Part shown: piece after piece, positions 1-9,900 of the stretch | Numbering within the stretch: position 1 is the first letter of the stretch | How the letters are laid out: each line of letters starts with the position of its first letter | DNA from: an uncultured bacterium | Lineage (GTDB): Bacteria > UBA8481 | Assembly: GCA_964499705.1 (NCBI GenBank) | Contig: CAZCME010000014.1 | Span: 62,001-106,628 of the forward strand | DNA: 44,628 bases | Reading direction: 5' to 3' | The notes under the pieces: generated by a model | The model's database searches: none | What the model was told of the DNA's origin: nothing | Seen by the model: only the letters and a program-made list of their open reading frames with translations | Position numbers and translations under genes: made by a program

Positions 1-486
1 ATCCCGGTGCTCCGCGATCTTGATGTCGAATCTCCCGTGAAACATGGAGTTTGTCCGGGCGGCGACATGGCCGCGGTACAGGACCGCCGGACCCAGGGAG
101 AGGCCGTAGGCGATCGAGTTGAGGAGCGCGGACACGGAAAGACCCAGGAGGTCGCTGTAGGGATACCGGGCGATGAAGAGCATCGACCAGGCGACATGAA
201 AGAGAACGATGCCCATGACGAGCACGATGAGACGCCGGAGCGGCCAGATGCAGGAGAGCAACATGAGGGGCGCCAGGGCGAGCGTAAATCCCATGGAGAG
301 CACGTATCCGTTCGCCGGTTCCTCGAAGAAGAAGAGGACGAGGTTCAGGGCCATCAGCACTCCGAGGATGCCCAGAAGCCAGGAGGCCGACCAGCGATTG
401 CCGAAGGAGAGATCCCGCCGTTCGAAATCCTTCACGTCGCCCTGCATTCCGGCCGTCGCGGCGACGGATGAAATCGTATCGCTCAT
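1..486 (-). CDS. Membrane protein, N-terminal part only (runs off the window); possibly a sensor/signalling protein
   Basis: Read manually, not in the ORF track. ATG at 486 overlaps the TGA of the upstream cyclase (ATGA). The frame is open to position 1: MSDTISSVAAT...WLLGILGVLMALNLVLFFF...LIVLVMGIVLFHVAWSMLFIA..., about 4 hydrophobic helices. Confidence 0.7.
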   Translation of the reverse strand, partial: MSDTISSVAATAGMQGDVKDFERRDLSFGNRWSASWLLGILGVLMALNLVLFFFEEPANGYVLSMGFTLALAPLMLLSCIWPLRRLIVLVMGIVLFHVAWSMLFIARYPYSDLLGLSVSALLNSIAYGLSLGPAVLYRGHVAARTNSMFHGRFDIKIAEHRD

Positions 487-1922
487 TTCGTTCCGACTTC
501 CGCCGCGCAGACCACGCGATTGCGGCCGCGGGACTTGGCGGCATAGAGCGCCATGTCGGCGGCATCGAAGAGCGAGTCGACCTTGTCGACATCGTCGGGA
601 AACGTCGACGTCCCCACGCTCACCGTGATTTTCACGGGCTCCGGCATCGCCTTCCCCGCCTCCCGCTCCACGATCTCCCGGATCCGCTCCGCCATCATCC
701 GCGCTCCGTCCCTGCCGCACTTCGGAAGGATGACCGTGAACTCTTCTCCGCCGTACCGTCCCGCGATATCCACCTTCCGCACCGTCTTCTTCACGAGCTC
801 CGCGACGCGCGCCAGCACCTTGTCGCCGAAAACATGGCCGTGCGTGTCGTTGAACTTCTTGAAGAAATCGATATCGGTGATGATGAGGCTCACCTTCGTC
901 TTGTACCGGAGAGCGCGCTGGCATTCCGATTCGAAGCGGTCGTTGAAATACCACCGGGCGTGCAGCTTCGTCAAGCCGTCATGCATCGCCATCTCGCGCG
1001 TCCGGGCGAAGAGACGGGAGTTGTCGCAGGCGACGGAGGCGACCTGCGCGATGATCGCGAGCAGGCGGAGATCGTCGGTGGAGAACGCGTCCGGTTTCGA
1101 GCCGTGCACCCGCAGGACACCGACGACCTTGCCGCCGACGATGAACGGCGCCGCGATGAGCGACTGGAAGCTGGCGCCGGAAATTCCCTTGAATCGGAAA
1201 TCCCGCGTCACGTCGGAAACCGACAGGACCGACGCCGTCCGGATCACCGCCTGGTTGAATTCATCGTTCGCCAGCGGCTCCGCGGCTTTCCGCAGCGTCT
1301 CGGCGAGATTGGACGCCTGCAGCCGCATCGATCCCTCGTGCGTCAGGAAGAGATGGCAGACTTCTCCACGCACGACCCGCGTCGTCTCCGCGACCACCCG
1401 CGCGGCCACCTCGGTCTCGTCCAGCGAGCTCCCCAGGCTCGACGCCGCCTCCCCCAGCATCCGGAATCGCGCGCCTTTCTCCTCCAGAGCATCGCACCGC
1501 GATTGATGCCGAAGAACCTCCTCCTGCAGCAGGTTGTATTCCTCATCGAGCTGGTTGGCGGAGAGCGTATTGGATTGATGGAGATCCTGCGCGGCCGCGA
1601 AGAAGGCGGAGCCGACCTGCGCCGTCTTGTAGAAGAGAAGCACCTCCGCCACGAGCGCGAGGTTCGTCGTCCACGGCGCCTGCATGGACCGGTACGCGAG
1701 CACCAGCGCCGCGAGCGTCGTGAGACCGAAGGTGAATTCCCGTCCAGTGAAGATTCCCGACCAGATGATCAGGAGGAGAAAGCCATGGGCCAGGGCGACG
1801 GGATTCGAGGAGCGGATGACGTAATTGCTCAGGGGAAAGAAAAGAATCGTCGCGATGAACCCCGCCGAGAGCGGTATGAGAAACGACCGGAACTTCAGCG
1901 TCTCGGTGGAGTAATCGAACAT
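483..1922 (-). CDS. Membrane-anchored GAF-GGDEF diguanylate cyclase
   Basis: N-terminal hydrophobic segments, a coiled coil, a GAF region (SLIAAPFIVGGKVVGVL...FSTDDLRLL), then HDGLTKL, DIDFFKKFNDTHGH and RYGGEEF, with an RKVD I-site. Confidence 0.92.
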   Translation of the reverse strand: MFDYSTETLKFRSFLIPLSAGFIATILFFPLSNYVIRSSNPVALAHGFLLLIIWSGIFTGREFTFGLTTLAALVLAYRSMQAPWTTNLALVAEVLLFYKTAQVGSAFFAAAQDLHQSNTLSANQLDEEYNLLQEEVLRHQSRCDALEEKGARFRMLGEAASSLGSSLDETEVAARVVAETTRVVRGEVCHLFLTHEGSMRLQASNLAETLRKAAEPLANDEFNQAVIRTASVLSVSDVTRDFRFKGISGASFQSLIAAPFIVGGKVVGVLRVHGSKPDAFSTDDLRLLAIIAQVASVACDNSRLFARTREMAMHDGLTKLHARWYFNDRFESECQRALRYKTKVSLIITDIDFFKKFNDTHGHVFGDKVLARVAELVKKTVRKVDIAGRYGGEEFTVILPKCGRDGARMMAERIREIVEREAGKAMPEPVKITVSVGTSTFPDDVDKVDSLFDAADMALYAAKSRGRNRVVCAAEVGTK

Positions 1923-1927
1923 GGGCG

Positions 1928-1985
1928 CAAGTATGATGTATCAAGTATGAAGTATGAAGGATTTTCATCCTTCATACTTCACTTG
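1928..1985. repeat. AT-rich heptamer (AGTATGA) tandem repeat forming a 15-bp hairpin
   Basis: TGAAGTATGAAGGAT (1948-1962) is the exact reverse complement of ATCCTTCATACTTCA (1967-1981), with a 4-nt loop. AGTATGA occurs three times. Confidence 0.75.
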
Positions 1986-3095
1986 CTAGAAGACCGATTT
2001 CTCCGTCTGAGGATCGAAGACGTGGGCGCTGTCGAGGTTCAGAACCAGCTCGATCTCGCGGTCGATCGTGTATTTTTCCTTCGCCGCGACACGTGCCTGG
2101 ATCTTCTTGTCTCCGACGGCCAGCATCAGGAAAGTCTCCGACCCGACCGGCTCCACAACCTCGATCGTCGCCCGGATGACCCGTTCGTCGGGAGCATCGG
2201 GAAAGAAGAGCTTGTCATGGATCTCCTGGGGACGGATGCCGAAGACGACATCCTTGTTGACGTAACCGGCGTCCTTCAGCTTCTGAGCCTTGTCCGGCGT
2301 GAAGCGGACGTTGATGCCCTCGGTCTGGAAATGAACGTGATCGCCGACCTGGGCGGTGCGGCCCTTCAGGAAGTTCATCGGAGGCGAGCCGATGAATCCG
2401 GCGACGAAGAGATTCGCGGGGTGGTCGTAGATGTCGAGAGGCGCGCCGATCTGCTGCGTCAGGCCGTCCTTCATGACGACGATGATGTTCGCGAGTGTCA
2501 TGGCTTCGAGCTGATCGTGCGTGACGTAGATCATCGTCGTGGCCAGGCGCGTGTGCAGCCGCGCCAGCTCGGTGCGCATCTGCGCGCGGAGCTTGGCGTC
2601 GAGATTGGAGAGGGGCTCGTCGAAGAGGAAGACGCTGGGCTGCCGCACGATCGCTCGCCCGACCGCGACGCGCTGCCGCTGGCCGCCGGACAGGGCTCCG
2701 GGCTTGCGTCCGAGGTAATCGGTGAGCCCCAGCATTTCCGCGGTGGTGCGGACCCGCTTGTCGATCTCCGTGTTCGCGAACTTGCGCATCCGGAGCCCGA
2801 ACGCCATGTTCTCGTAGACCGTCTTGTGGGGATAGAGAGCGTAATTCTGGAAGACCATCGCGATGTTCCGGTCCTGCGCGGGAACATGGTTGACGACCGT
2901 GCCGTCAATCTTCAGTTCCCCGCTGGAGATCTCCTCCAGGCCCGCGATCATCCGCAGCGTCGTCGATTTTCCGCATCCCGACGGACCGACGAGAACGACG
3001 AACTGCTTGTCTTCGATGTTGAGATTGACGTCCTTCACGGCGACGACGTCGCCGGGATACACCTTCTTCACGTCCTTCAGTACGACCGATCCCAT
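1986..3095 (-). CDS. Carbohydrate ABC transporter ATP-binding subunit (MalK/UgpC/MsmX family)
   Basis: GPSGCGKST Walker [19 protein letters not shown] signature, [11 protein letters not shown] Walker [15 protein letters not shown] and a TOBE-type C-terminus. AGGAGG RBS. Confidence 0.96.
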   Translation of the reverse strand: MGSVVLKDVKKVYPGDVVAVKDVNLNIEDKQFVVLVGPSGCGKSTTLRMIAGLEEISSGELKIDGTVVNHVPAQDRNIAMVFQNYALYPHKTVYENMAFGLRMRKFANTEIDKRVRTTAEMLGLTDYLGRKPGALSGGQRQRVAVGRAIVRQPSVFLFDEPLSNLDAKLRAQMRTELARLHTRLATTMIYVTHDQLEAMTLANIIVVMKDGLTQQIGAPLDIYDHPANLFVAGFIGSPPMNFLKGRTAQVGDHVHFQTEGINVRFTPDKAQKLKDAGYVNKDVVFGIRPQEIHDKLFFPDAPDERVIRATIEVVEPVGSETFLMLAVGDKKIQARVAAKEKYTIDREIELVLNLDSAHVFDPQTEKSVF

Positions 3096-3165
3096 ATTGT
3101 TCCTCCTGTGAGCCGGCTTAGAATCCAGCTCGAAATGGACATCCTCTCACGGATGTGAAACTTGC

Positions 3166-4506
3166 CTACTCCTTCATCCCGGCATGCGCCATGCCCTTGA
3201 TGACATATTTCTGCAGCAGCACGAACACGACGAGGATCGGCACGATCGTGATCGCCGAAGCCGCCATCATGTTCCCCCACTCGGCGGTGTACTGCTGGCG
3301 GTAGCTTACCAGTCCCAACGGCAGTGTCTTCCACTTTTCATCGTTCAGCATGATGAACGGCCCGAGGAAAGCGTTCCAGTTCGCGAGAAACGTCACGATC
3401 CCCAGCGTCGCCAGGACCGGCTTCGAGAGCGGCAGGACGACATCCCACCAGATCCGGAACTCGCTGCAGCCGTCGATCCGCGCGGCTTCCAGCAGGGAAT
3501 CCGGGAGCTGCCTGATGAACTGCATGCAGAGGAAGACGCCGTACACGCCCGCCAGGCCGGGCAGTATCAGCGACGCCAGGTTATTCAAGAGGCCGAGATT
3601 CTTCATCATCGCGTAGACCGGGATGAGCGTCACCTGGCCCGGGACCATCATCGTCGCCAGGAGCGCGTAAAAAAACGCGTCGCGCCCGATGAATTTTCCC
3701 TTCGCGAAGGCGTATCCGGCCAAGGAACAGAAAATGAGATTCGAGAGCGTCACGAGAACGGCGACGATGAAGGAGTTGATGTAATAGCGCCCGAACCGGC
3801 CTGCAAATCCGTAGATCGCGCGGTCCTCATCCTTCACCTTCAGCACCTGCCTGTAGTTGTCCATCGAGGCCACGAGGTTCTCCGTGACTTCCACTTCATT
3901 CCAGGCGACCGGCAGCGCCATCTTCGTCCGGTTCACGAATGTGAGCCGCACATGGCGGGCCACGATCCTCGGCTCGAAGCGATCCTCGATCGTGAATCCG
4001 TCCTCCGTCGGCGCGCTCCCCGAGTTGATCACCCGCGTATCGGCCCAGGATTTCTCCACGTTGTCGGAGGCGAACTCCAGGATCACCTCCGGCTTCAACC
4101 GCGCCGAAGCGTCGGCGGCGCGGAAGGATTTCAGGGAGACATGGCTGATGCGCGTCGTGCTCCCGAGGTCCAGCAGGAGCGTAATGCCGCTGTCCGGAGG
4201 AAGGACGGGAGAAACCCAGGAGGCATCCGCCATCGCGAAGCCGTCATTCAGGAGTTCGAGCCCATATTCGTTCGTATCGCCCTCGATGACGAACTTCGCC
4301 GCGCCGTTGGCGGCGCCTGCCTTGTTCATCGTGCGCCACGGATGCCACCGCGGCGGACGCGTCGCCAGCTCCGTGTTCGCGTTCTCCGTCATCGACGTGG
4401 AGACCATCCACCAGAACGGCACGATCATGGTGATGGCCACCAGCAGAAGCGCCACGTGGAGAACGGCCGACTGGACCTTTTTTTCGAGCGTATGCAGTTC
4501 GCGCAT
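3166..4506 (-). CDS. Carbohydrate ABC transporter permease (MalG type) with a large inserted extracytoplasmic domain
   Basis: EAARIDGCSEFRIWWDVVLPLSKP EAA motif, NSFIVAV...LAGYAFAK and WNAFLGP. An approximately 150-aa soluble insertion follows TM1. Confidence 0.92.
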   Translation of the reverse strand: MRELHTLEKKVQSAVLHVALLLVAITMIVPFWWMVSTSMTENANTELATRPPRWHPWRTMNKAGAANGAAKFVIEGDTNEYGLELLNDGFAMADASWVSPVLPPDSGITLLLDLGSTTRISHVSLKSFRAADASARLKPEVILEFASDNVEKSWADTRVINSGSAPTEDGFTIEDRFEPRIVARHVRLTFVNRTKMALPVAWNEVEVTENLVASMDNYRQVLKVKDEDRAIYGFAGRFGRYYINSFIVAVLVTLSNLIFCSLAGYAFAKGKFIGRDAFFYALLATMMVPGQVTLIPVYAMMKNLGLLNNLASLILPGLAGVYGVFLCMQFIRQLPDSLLEAARIDGCSEFRIWWDVVLPLSKPVLATLGIVTFLANWNAFLGPFIMLNDEKWKTLPLGLVSYRQQYTAEWGNMMAASAITIVPILVVFVLLQKYVIKGMAHAGMKE

Positions 4507-4518
4507 GATGTGCCTCCC

Positions 4519-6927
4519 CTATTCCGCGGCCTGGTGGGGCTTCAACCAGAACGCATTGATCGCGGTGATGATCGCGATCATGAAGAAGAGCAGGTAGGCG
4601 ATCGCGGACGCCACGCCGAAATGCTGATTGCCGAACCCGACTTCATACAGGTACGACACGATCGTCTGCATCGACCTCTGCACGCCTCCGCGCATCCCTC
4701 CGAGCACATAGATCTGGTCGAACGCCTGGAGCGCGTTGATCCAGTGGGAGAGGACGATGAAGGTGATGGAGGGTTTCAGGAGCGGCAGCGTCACGTGGAA
4801 GAAGCGGTTCGTCGCGTTCGCTCCGTCGATCCGCGCCGCCTCGTACAGCGACTCCGGAATCGACTGCAGGCCCGCGAGGACGATGATCATCAGGAACCCG
4901 AGCCACCTCCAGGTATCCATGAGAACCAGGGACGGCTTGGAAAGCGACGCGTCGCTGATCCATCCGAGAGGCGCGATGCCGATCACCTCCAGGACATTAT
5001 TGAGGATCCCCTTGTCCCCCGGGTTCAGGATCAGGAGCCAGACGATGGAGATCGCGACGTACGATGTCACGACCGGCATGAAGTAGACGACCTTGAAGAA
5101 GGTCTTGCACATCACGCGCTCGTTGATGAGGACGGCGAGGCCGATCGCCAGGGGGAGCATGACCATCAGTTCCACGACGGCGAGGTACAGCGTGTTCCTG
5201 ACCGAGTTCCAGAATTTCGCGCTCTGCAGGACGAACGCGTAATTCTCCAGTCCCACCACGCCGCGGATGTTGATGCCGTCGGAGGAGACGAAGGAGAGAC
5301 GGAGCGACTCGAAGAGCGGGTAGAGCGTGAAGACGAAGATGAGCAGGATGACGGGCGAGATGAAGACGAACCAGACGCGGCCCGACCGGAATTCCGCGGC
5401 GAGCGACCGGCCGATATGCTTTCGTCGCCAGCTGACCACGGCCCATGTCGAGAGCACGATCGTCACGATGATGAGGACGGAGATCATCGACAGGTTGAGG
5501 AAGAGAATCCCGCGGGAGACTTCCTCCGGGGAATTCGTGACGGAGACGGCGTTGGATTTCAGGAGATGATCGATCTCCGCCGACATCTGCGTGACGGCTT
5601 CATCGGTCGGCACGGCGCCAATCAGCGCGTTCTGGACATATTCGCCCACGATGTTGTAGGTCTCCTCCCAGCACGCGGCCGGGGTGTTGGAGCTCTCCGC
5701 GAACTGCTTCAGGCCGACGTTCCATTCCGGGTGCGCCTGGATGAAATCCCAGTCCCCGAGGTCGTTGCGGGGCGAGAGCGACGCGGTATGCTCCACGATG
5801 TATTTCTGCGCCAGAGGCTCCGACATGAATTTCAGGAACTTGAAGGCCATCTCCTTGTGCGCGCTCTTTTTGTTGATGGAAAGAAAGGATCCTCCCATCA
5901 ATCCGCCGGCGCCTTTCCTCCGGGGTAGATTGCAGACTCCGATCCGGTCGCCGCGCTTGATCGCCCCCTCCTTGATCATCGACGGCACGGTTTCGTAGAT
6001 CGCGTACTTGTTCTCCTGCGACAGGAACGGCCCGAACGTGTTCCAGAGGAAATTGTTCATCGTCTCCGGACCGGAAACATTGTGCGCGACATGGAGATCG
6101 ACGAGGAACTTCAGGGCCTCGCGCGCCTCGGGCGAATCCAGGGCGCTGCGGCTTTCATCCTCCGTGTAAAATCTCCCGCCGTTCTGATACAGGAATCCCA
6201 TGTACATGAAGACGGGATCGAATCCCTGCACCATGTACCCGAACGTCTCTTTTCCGGTGACGGGATCGATGCCGGTCGTCTTCTGAGCCTTATCCAGGAG
6301 TTCTTCCCAGGACATGTCGTCGTGCGGCGGAGCGATTCCGTAATGCTTGAAGATGAGCTTGTCGTAGGCGAGAATCCGGGTATCCGCGACCCACGGCAGG
6401 CCCCAGCACCGCGACTGGCCCGTCTTCGCGTCGCGATGAAGGGCCATCCGGCAGTATTTGTCGTAAAATTTCGAAAAGTCGAATCCTTCCTTCTCGATGA
6501 ACGGAGTCAGGTCTTCGATGGTCTCCTTCGCCACGAACTGGCCGACCCAGGTGGAGCCGAGCATGTACACGTCGGGGCCTTCTCCGATCATCGAAGTCAT
6601 GATCTTCGCGAACGTGTTGTCCCAGCCGATATCGGAGAAGTCGATCTTGACCCCCGGATTCTGTTTCTCGAACTCGTCGAAGACATTGTGGATACCCGGA
6701 TGAAATTCTCCGTCGACGGTCCGGTCGGCAAAGGCGTATCCCATCATCCAAACCTTCAGGACGATGGGCTCTTCCGCCTGCAGCGGCGGCGCGCCGGAGA
6801 GGGAAAGCAGCAGGACGCCGATCAGCAGGAACGCGAACATGCAGAAGATCCGCTTCCATGATGAGCGTGAAGCGCGGGTCTCGTGTTGAGGACGGGCGTG
6901 CCTGGAATTTCGGCCTTCTGATTTCAC
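4519..6927 (-). CDS. Fused sugar-binding protein (SBP family 1) and MalF-type ABC permease
   Basis: Start placed at GTG 6927, which has a GGAGG RBS and a GTGA overlap with the upstream stop (ATG 6840 is an alternative). A hydrophobic leader is followed by SBP motifs (EFEKQNPGVKI, GPDVYML, WGLPW, AFKFLKFM), then permease motifs (GLENY, AGLQSIPESLYEAARIDGA, ALQAFDQIY) in one frame. Confidence 0.9.
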   Translation of the reverse strand: MKSEGRNSRHARPQHETRASRSSWKRIFCMFAFLLIGVLLLSLSGAPPLQAEEPIVLKVWMMGYAFADRTVDGEFHPGIHNVFDEFEKQNPGVKIDFSDIGWDNTFAKIMTSMIGEGPDVYMLGSTWVGQFVAKETIEDLTPFIEKEGFDFSKFYDKYCRMALHRDAKTGQSRCWGLPWVADTRILAYDKLIFKHYGIAPPHDDMSWEELLDKAQKTTGIDPVTGKETFGYMVQGFDPVFMYMGFLYQNGGRFYTEDESRSALDSPEAREALKFLVDLHVAHNVSGPETMNNFLWNTFGPFLSQENKYAIYETVPSMIKEGAIKRGDRIGVCNLPRRKGAGGLMGGSFLSINKKSAHKEMAFKFLKFMSEPLAQKYIVEHTASLSPRNDLGDWDFIQAHPEWNVGLKQFAESSNTPAACWEETYNIVGEYVQNALIGAVPTDEAVTQMSAEIDHLLKSNAVSVTNSPEEVSRGILFLNLSMISVLIIVTIVLSTWAVVSWRRKHIGRSLAAEFRSGRVWFVFISPVILLIFVFTLYPLFESLRLSFVSSDGINIRGVVGLENYAFVLQSAKFWNSVRNTLYLAVVELMVMLPLAIGLAVLINERVMCKTFFKVVYFMPVVTSYVAISIVWLLILNPGDKGILNNVLEVIGIAPLGWISDASLSKPSLVLMDTWRWLGFLMIIVLAGLQSIPESLYEAARIDGANATNRFFHVTLPLLKPSITFIVLSHWINALQAFDQIYVLGGMRGGVQRSMQTIVSYLYEVGFGNQHFGVASAIAYLLFFMIAIITAINAFWLKPHQAAE

Positions 6928-9900
6928 CGTGATGCCTCCAATTGAACTTCGATTTTTGCCGCGCCCGAATCGCGCACAATCCGGGCCAGCGTGTCTCCCA
7001 GTTCCGCGCCGTCGGAGACCACTCTCTTGCCGTCGCGCAATTCCAACGTGTAGCGCGAAGGGGCGACATTCTTCCACGTATCGAGCCGGCGCGGATTCCT
7101 GTACAGGAGAAGCGTCTTCCCCAGGAATGCGCACGCGAACGAATGGGCGGGAATTCGGACGATCTGTCCCCGCCAGGTGATCTCGCGCGGACGCCTCGTA
7201 AAGAACGAACCCGGCAGAACGGGGGCGAGGCGCAGCGACAGGCTGCCGTTATCCGTGCGGATGGGCCGGGCGCCGATGGTCATCAGCACCCACATGTGCA
7301 GGAATTCCGCGGTGGAGCCGGACAGGCGCGCCACGAAACCGCGGCCCCGCATCTCGGGATCGTCCGACGCGGAGCTCGATATGAACGACGAGTTTTCGTA
7401 GATGCTCCGCCCGTACACCTTCGGATCCAGGTTCGGCACCCCCATCGTCTTCCAGTCCCGGAAAAATTCCTCGTGGCACCCGGCGCGCAGGAGTTCCAGC
7501 AGATACTTGTATTCCATGTGCAGCCAGACCGTCTCGTTCTCCAACCACCCCGGCCTGAACGTTGCGCCCCGTCCGATCTGCACGCTTTCGCGCGCCAGGG
7601 ATTCCGACAGCTTGTACATCCCGAGCTTCCTGTCGAAGAGCGGGCTCGATTTCACCCGGCGATATATCTTCCGAGCCCGTTCCGGATGAGTCCGGCAGGC
7701 GTGGACGATTCCTTCGAGGAACAGGGGGAGCTCATGGCGGCGGAATTTCGTCACGAGGATGCACTCGTGACCCGTGCCCGGATTTCGGATGACGCGACCC
7801 GCGTTATCCTTGCGGACCGTGTAAGCGACGGGAGTATGAACCAGGTATGTCGGAGGAAGCGGCCTGGTCCTGGAGAGAATCGCGATTCCGGCGTCCAGCT
7901 TCTTCAGGACCCGCGCGAGAAACGCGCCGGCGGCGACGGCGGGAATCGGGGTTTTACGACCGTAGACACCAAGCCGGACGCGATGCAGGAATTTTTCGCG
8001 GGAATCGTGCGACTTGTCCCAGAACTTCAGGGCCGACTTTTCCCGATCGAGGAGCGAAGACAATTCCTCGATGAAGGTGGCGGCCTCGATAGGCATGCGC
8101 GCGCAGTCTCCGTCTCTCGCCTCCAGCGCATGAACGAGAAACGCGGCCATGTTGCGCGCCTCGTACAGTTCCGGGGTCGACGAGCCGAACATACCCGGGA
8201 GACCGTTCAGGGAATCGTTCCATCCCGGCTTGTCCGCGCTCATCTCCACGCCCGTTCCCGACGGATCGAGCGACGCGATCTTGTTGGCCAGCAGGAGGAG
8301 GAGCTTGGCGCAGAGGTTGACGCGGAGCGGCTCGCCCGTCTCCGATTCGCCCTCCGTGGACGTCAGCGATGTCCGGACCATCTGCGCATCCCGACCGCGT
8401 CGCGCGATGAGCGCGGTCTTCTGGCGGTCATGGCTGACGGCGCCGAGCTGGCGCGGGACGCCGTCGACGAGCACATGCTTGGCGGAGCGCGGCAGCACTT
8501 CGGCGGGACTGTCGAAGAACGTGTAATCGTCCGGCCCGAAGATAAGCGGCTCGATCCGGTCGGGATAGACGCCGAGATACGACTCGATGAGCTCCAGGCC
8601 GTATTTCCAATGATCGACCCAGTAACCCTCCCCGAAGTTCGCGCGATACCGTTTTTCGCTGCGGCAGAGAAGAGCGCTGAAGAGTTCCTCCGCCGCCTTC
8701 CGCTTTTTCCCCGGGGACGAACGGGATCCCGCCAGCAGGAGCCTCAGCAGATCTCCGGCGCGGTACTCGGCTTTCAGCAGGTTCATGATCTCCTTCGCGG
8801 AGCCGCTCCCCGCCGCCCGCCGGATGCGCGGAGCGAAGCTTTCCGGATGAGGGAGAAGGAAACGTTCCGGAAGGAGCTCGAGCGGATTGTGGCCGTCGAG
8901 CTGGATCATCGTGTAGAAGAAGCGGACATTCTCATCGCCGAGCCCGGGCTCGAAATAGATATCGCATCGCCGGTTCTGATGGACGTCCCTGAAATTGCCG
9001 TTGCCCTGCGACAGAAACGAGGGTTCCACGAGAAACGCGTTGTAATCGCGCTCCAGGTCGCCGTGCTTCCTGGAGAAGATGTACACCGATTGGGAACGGC
9101 CGTCTGCCCGAAACAGCGCCGGGGCCCCGCCGCGCATGACGTTGTCGAGAAAGGACTGGCGGGCATACTGATCAAGATTTTCGTCGCCGGAAACCGTCAG
9201 AAAAGGATCCGTGACATCACGGATATTGGATCGATTTCTTTCCTCCGCCGCCTCGAAGAATCCCGGAACGCGCAACCGGCTTCGGACAGGTCCGTTCAGC
9301 TCATCCACGTTCCTCGCGAATCCGATGATGCTCCGGATCTCCGCGGCCTCGCCGGGCGCGATCGCGATCCTCGCGAGCGTGAAGGCGGACGGCGTGCGAT
9401 TACCAAGATACCGGGCGGACGGGCGCGTGCGCCCCTGGGCAAACGACTCCGGCACGGTCCAGCCCAGGTTGGAGCCGAAGACCTCTTCGGGGTGAACGAT
9501 CACGCCGAGCTTACGGGCGCCGGATCCCGCCGCATCGGACCAGTAGAAGAATCCCTGCGGAGAAGGGATGACATGCGGCTTGTCGTGCGGAAGCGTTCGG
9601 AGTTTATAGAAGGGAAGATCCTTCCCGATGTTGACGACGTCGTAGAACGCCTCCAGCGTGCGGGCCATGTTCTTCACGAGTTGTCCCGGGGCTCCGTAGG
9701 GAATGATCTGCGGCAGCCCGTCGATCACGTCGAACTTCAGGGAACGTCGGGATAGATTTCGGATCGTGAGCCTTCGGCAGAGACCGGGAAACGGCTCGTC
9801 GGGCAGGAGAAAATATTGCACGGAAATCTGCAGGGAGCGCGACGGGTCGATTTCCTCCAGCGAAAGATCATGCGGAGTGATGAGCATCCGGCTCCTGACG

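Noticed and set aside
6928-7134. N-terminal extension of the SBP-permease ORF, and similar extensions at 10346, 12803, 17624, 33793, 36148 and 42534
   Set aside because: They overlap neighbouring genes or promoters. Downstream starts have an RBS or stop-start overlap and match family N-termini.
468-9755. Very long plus-strand ORFs (468-3158, 3184-5928, 6942-9755) and similar antisense ORFs elsewhere
   Set aside because: They are shadows of real genes on the opposite strand, caused by GC-rich codon bias. The translations are Arg/His-rich and lack motifs.
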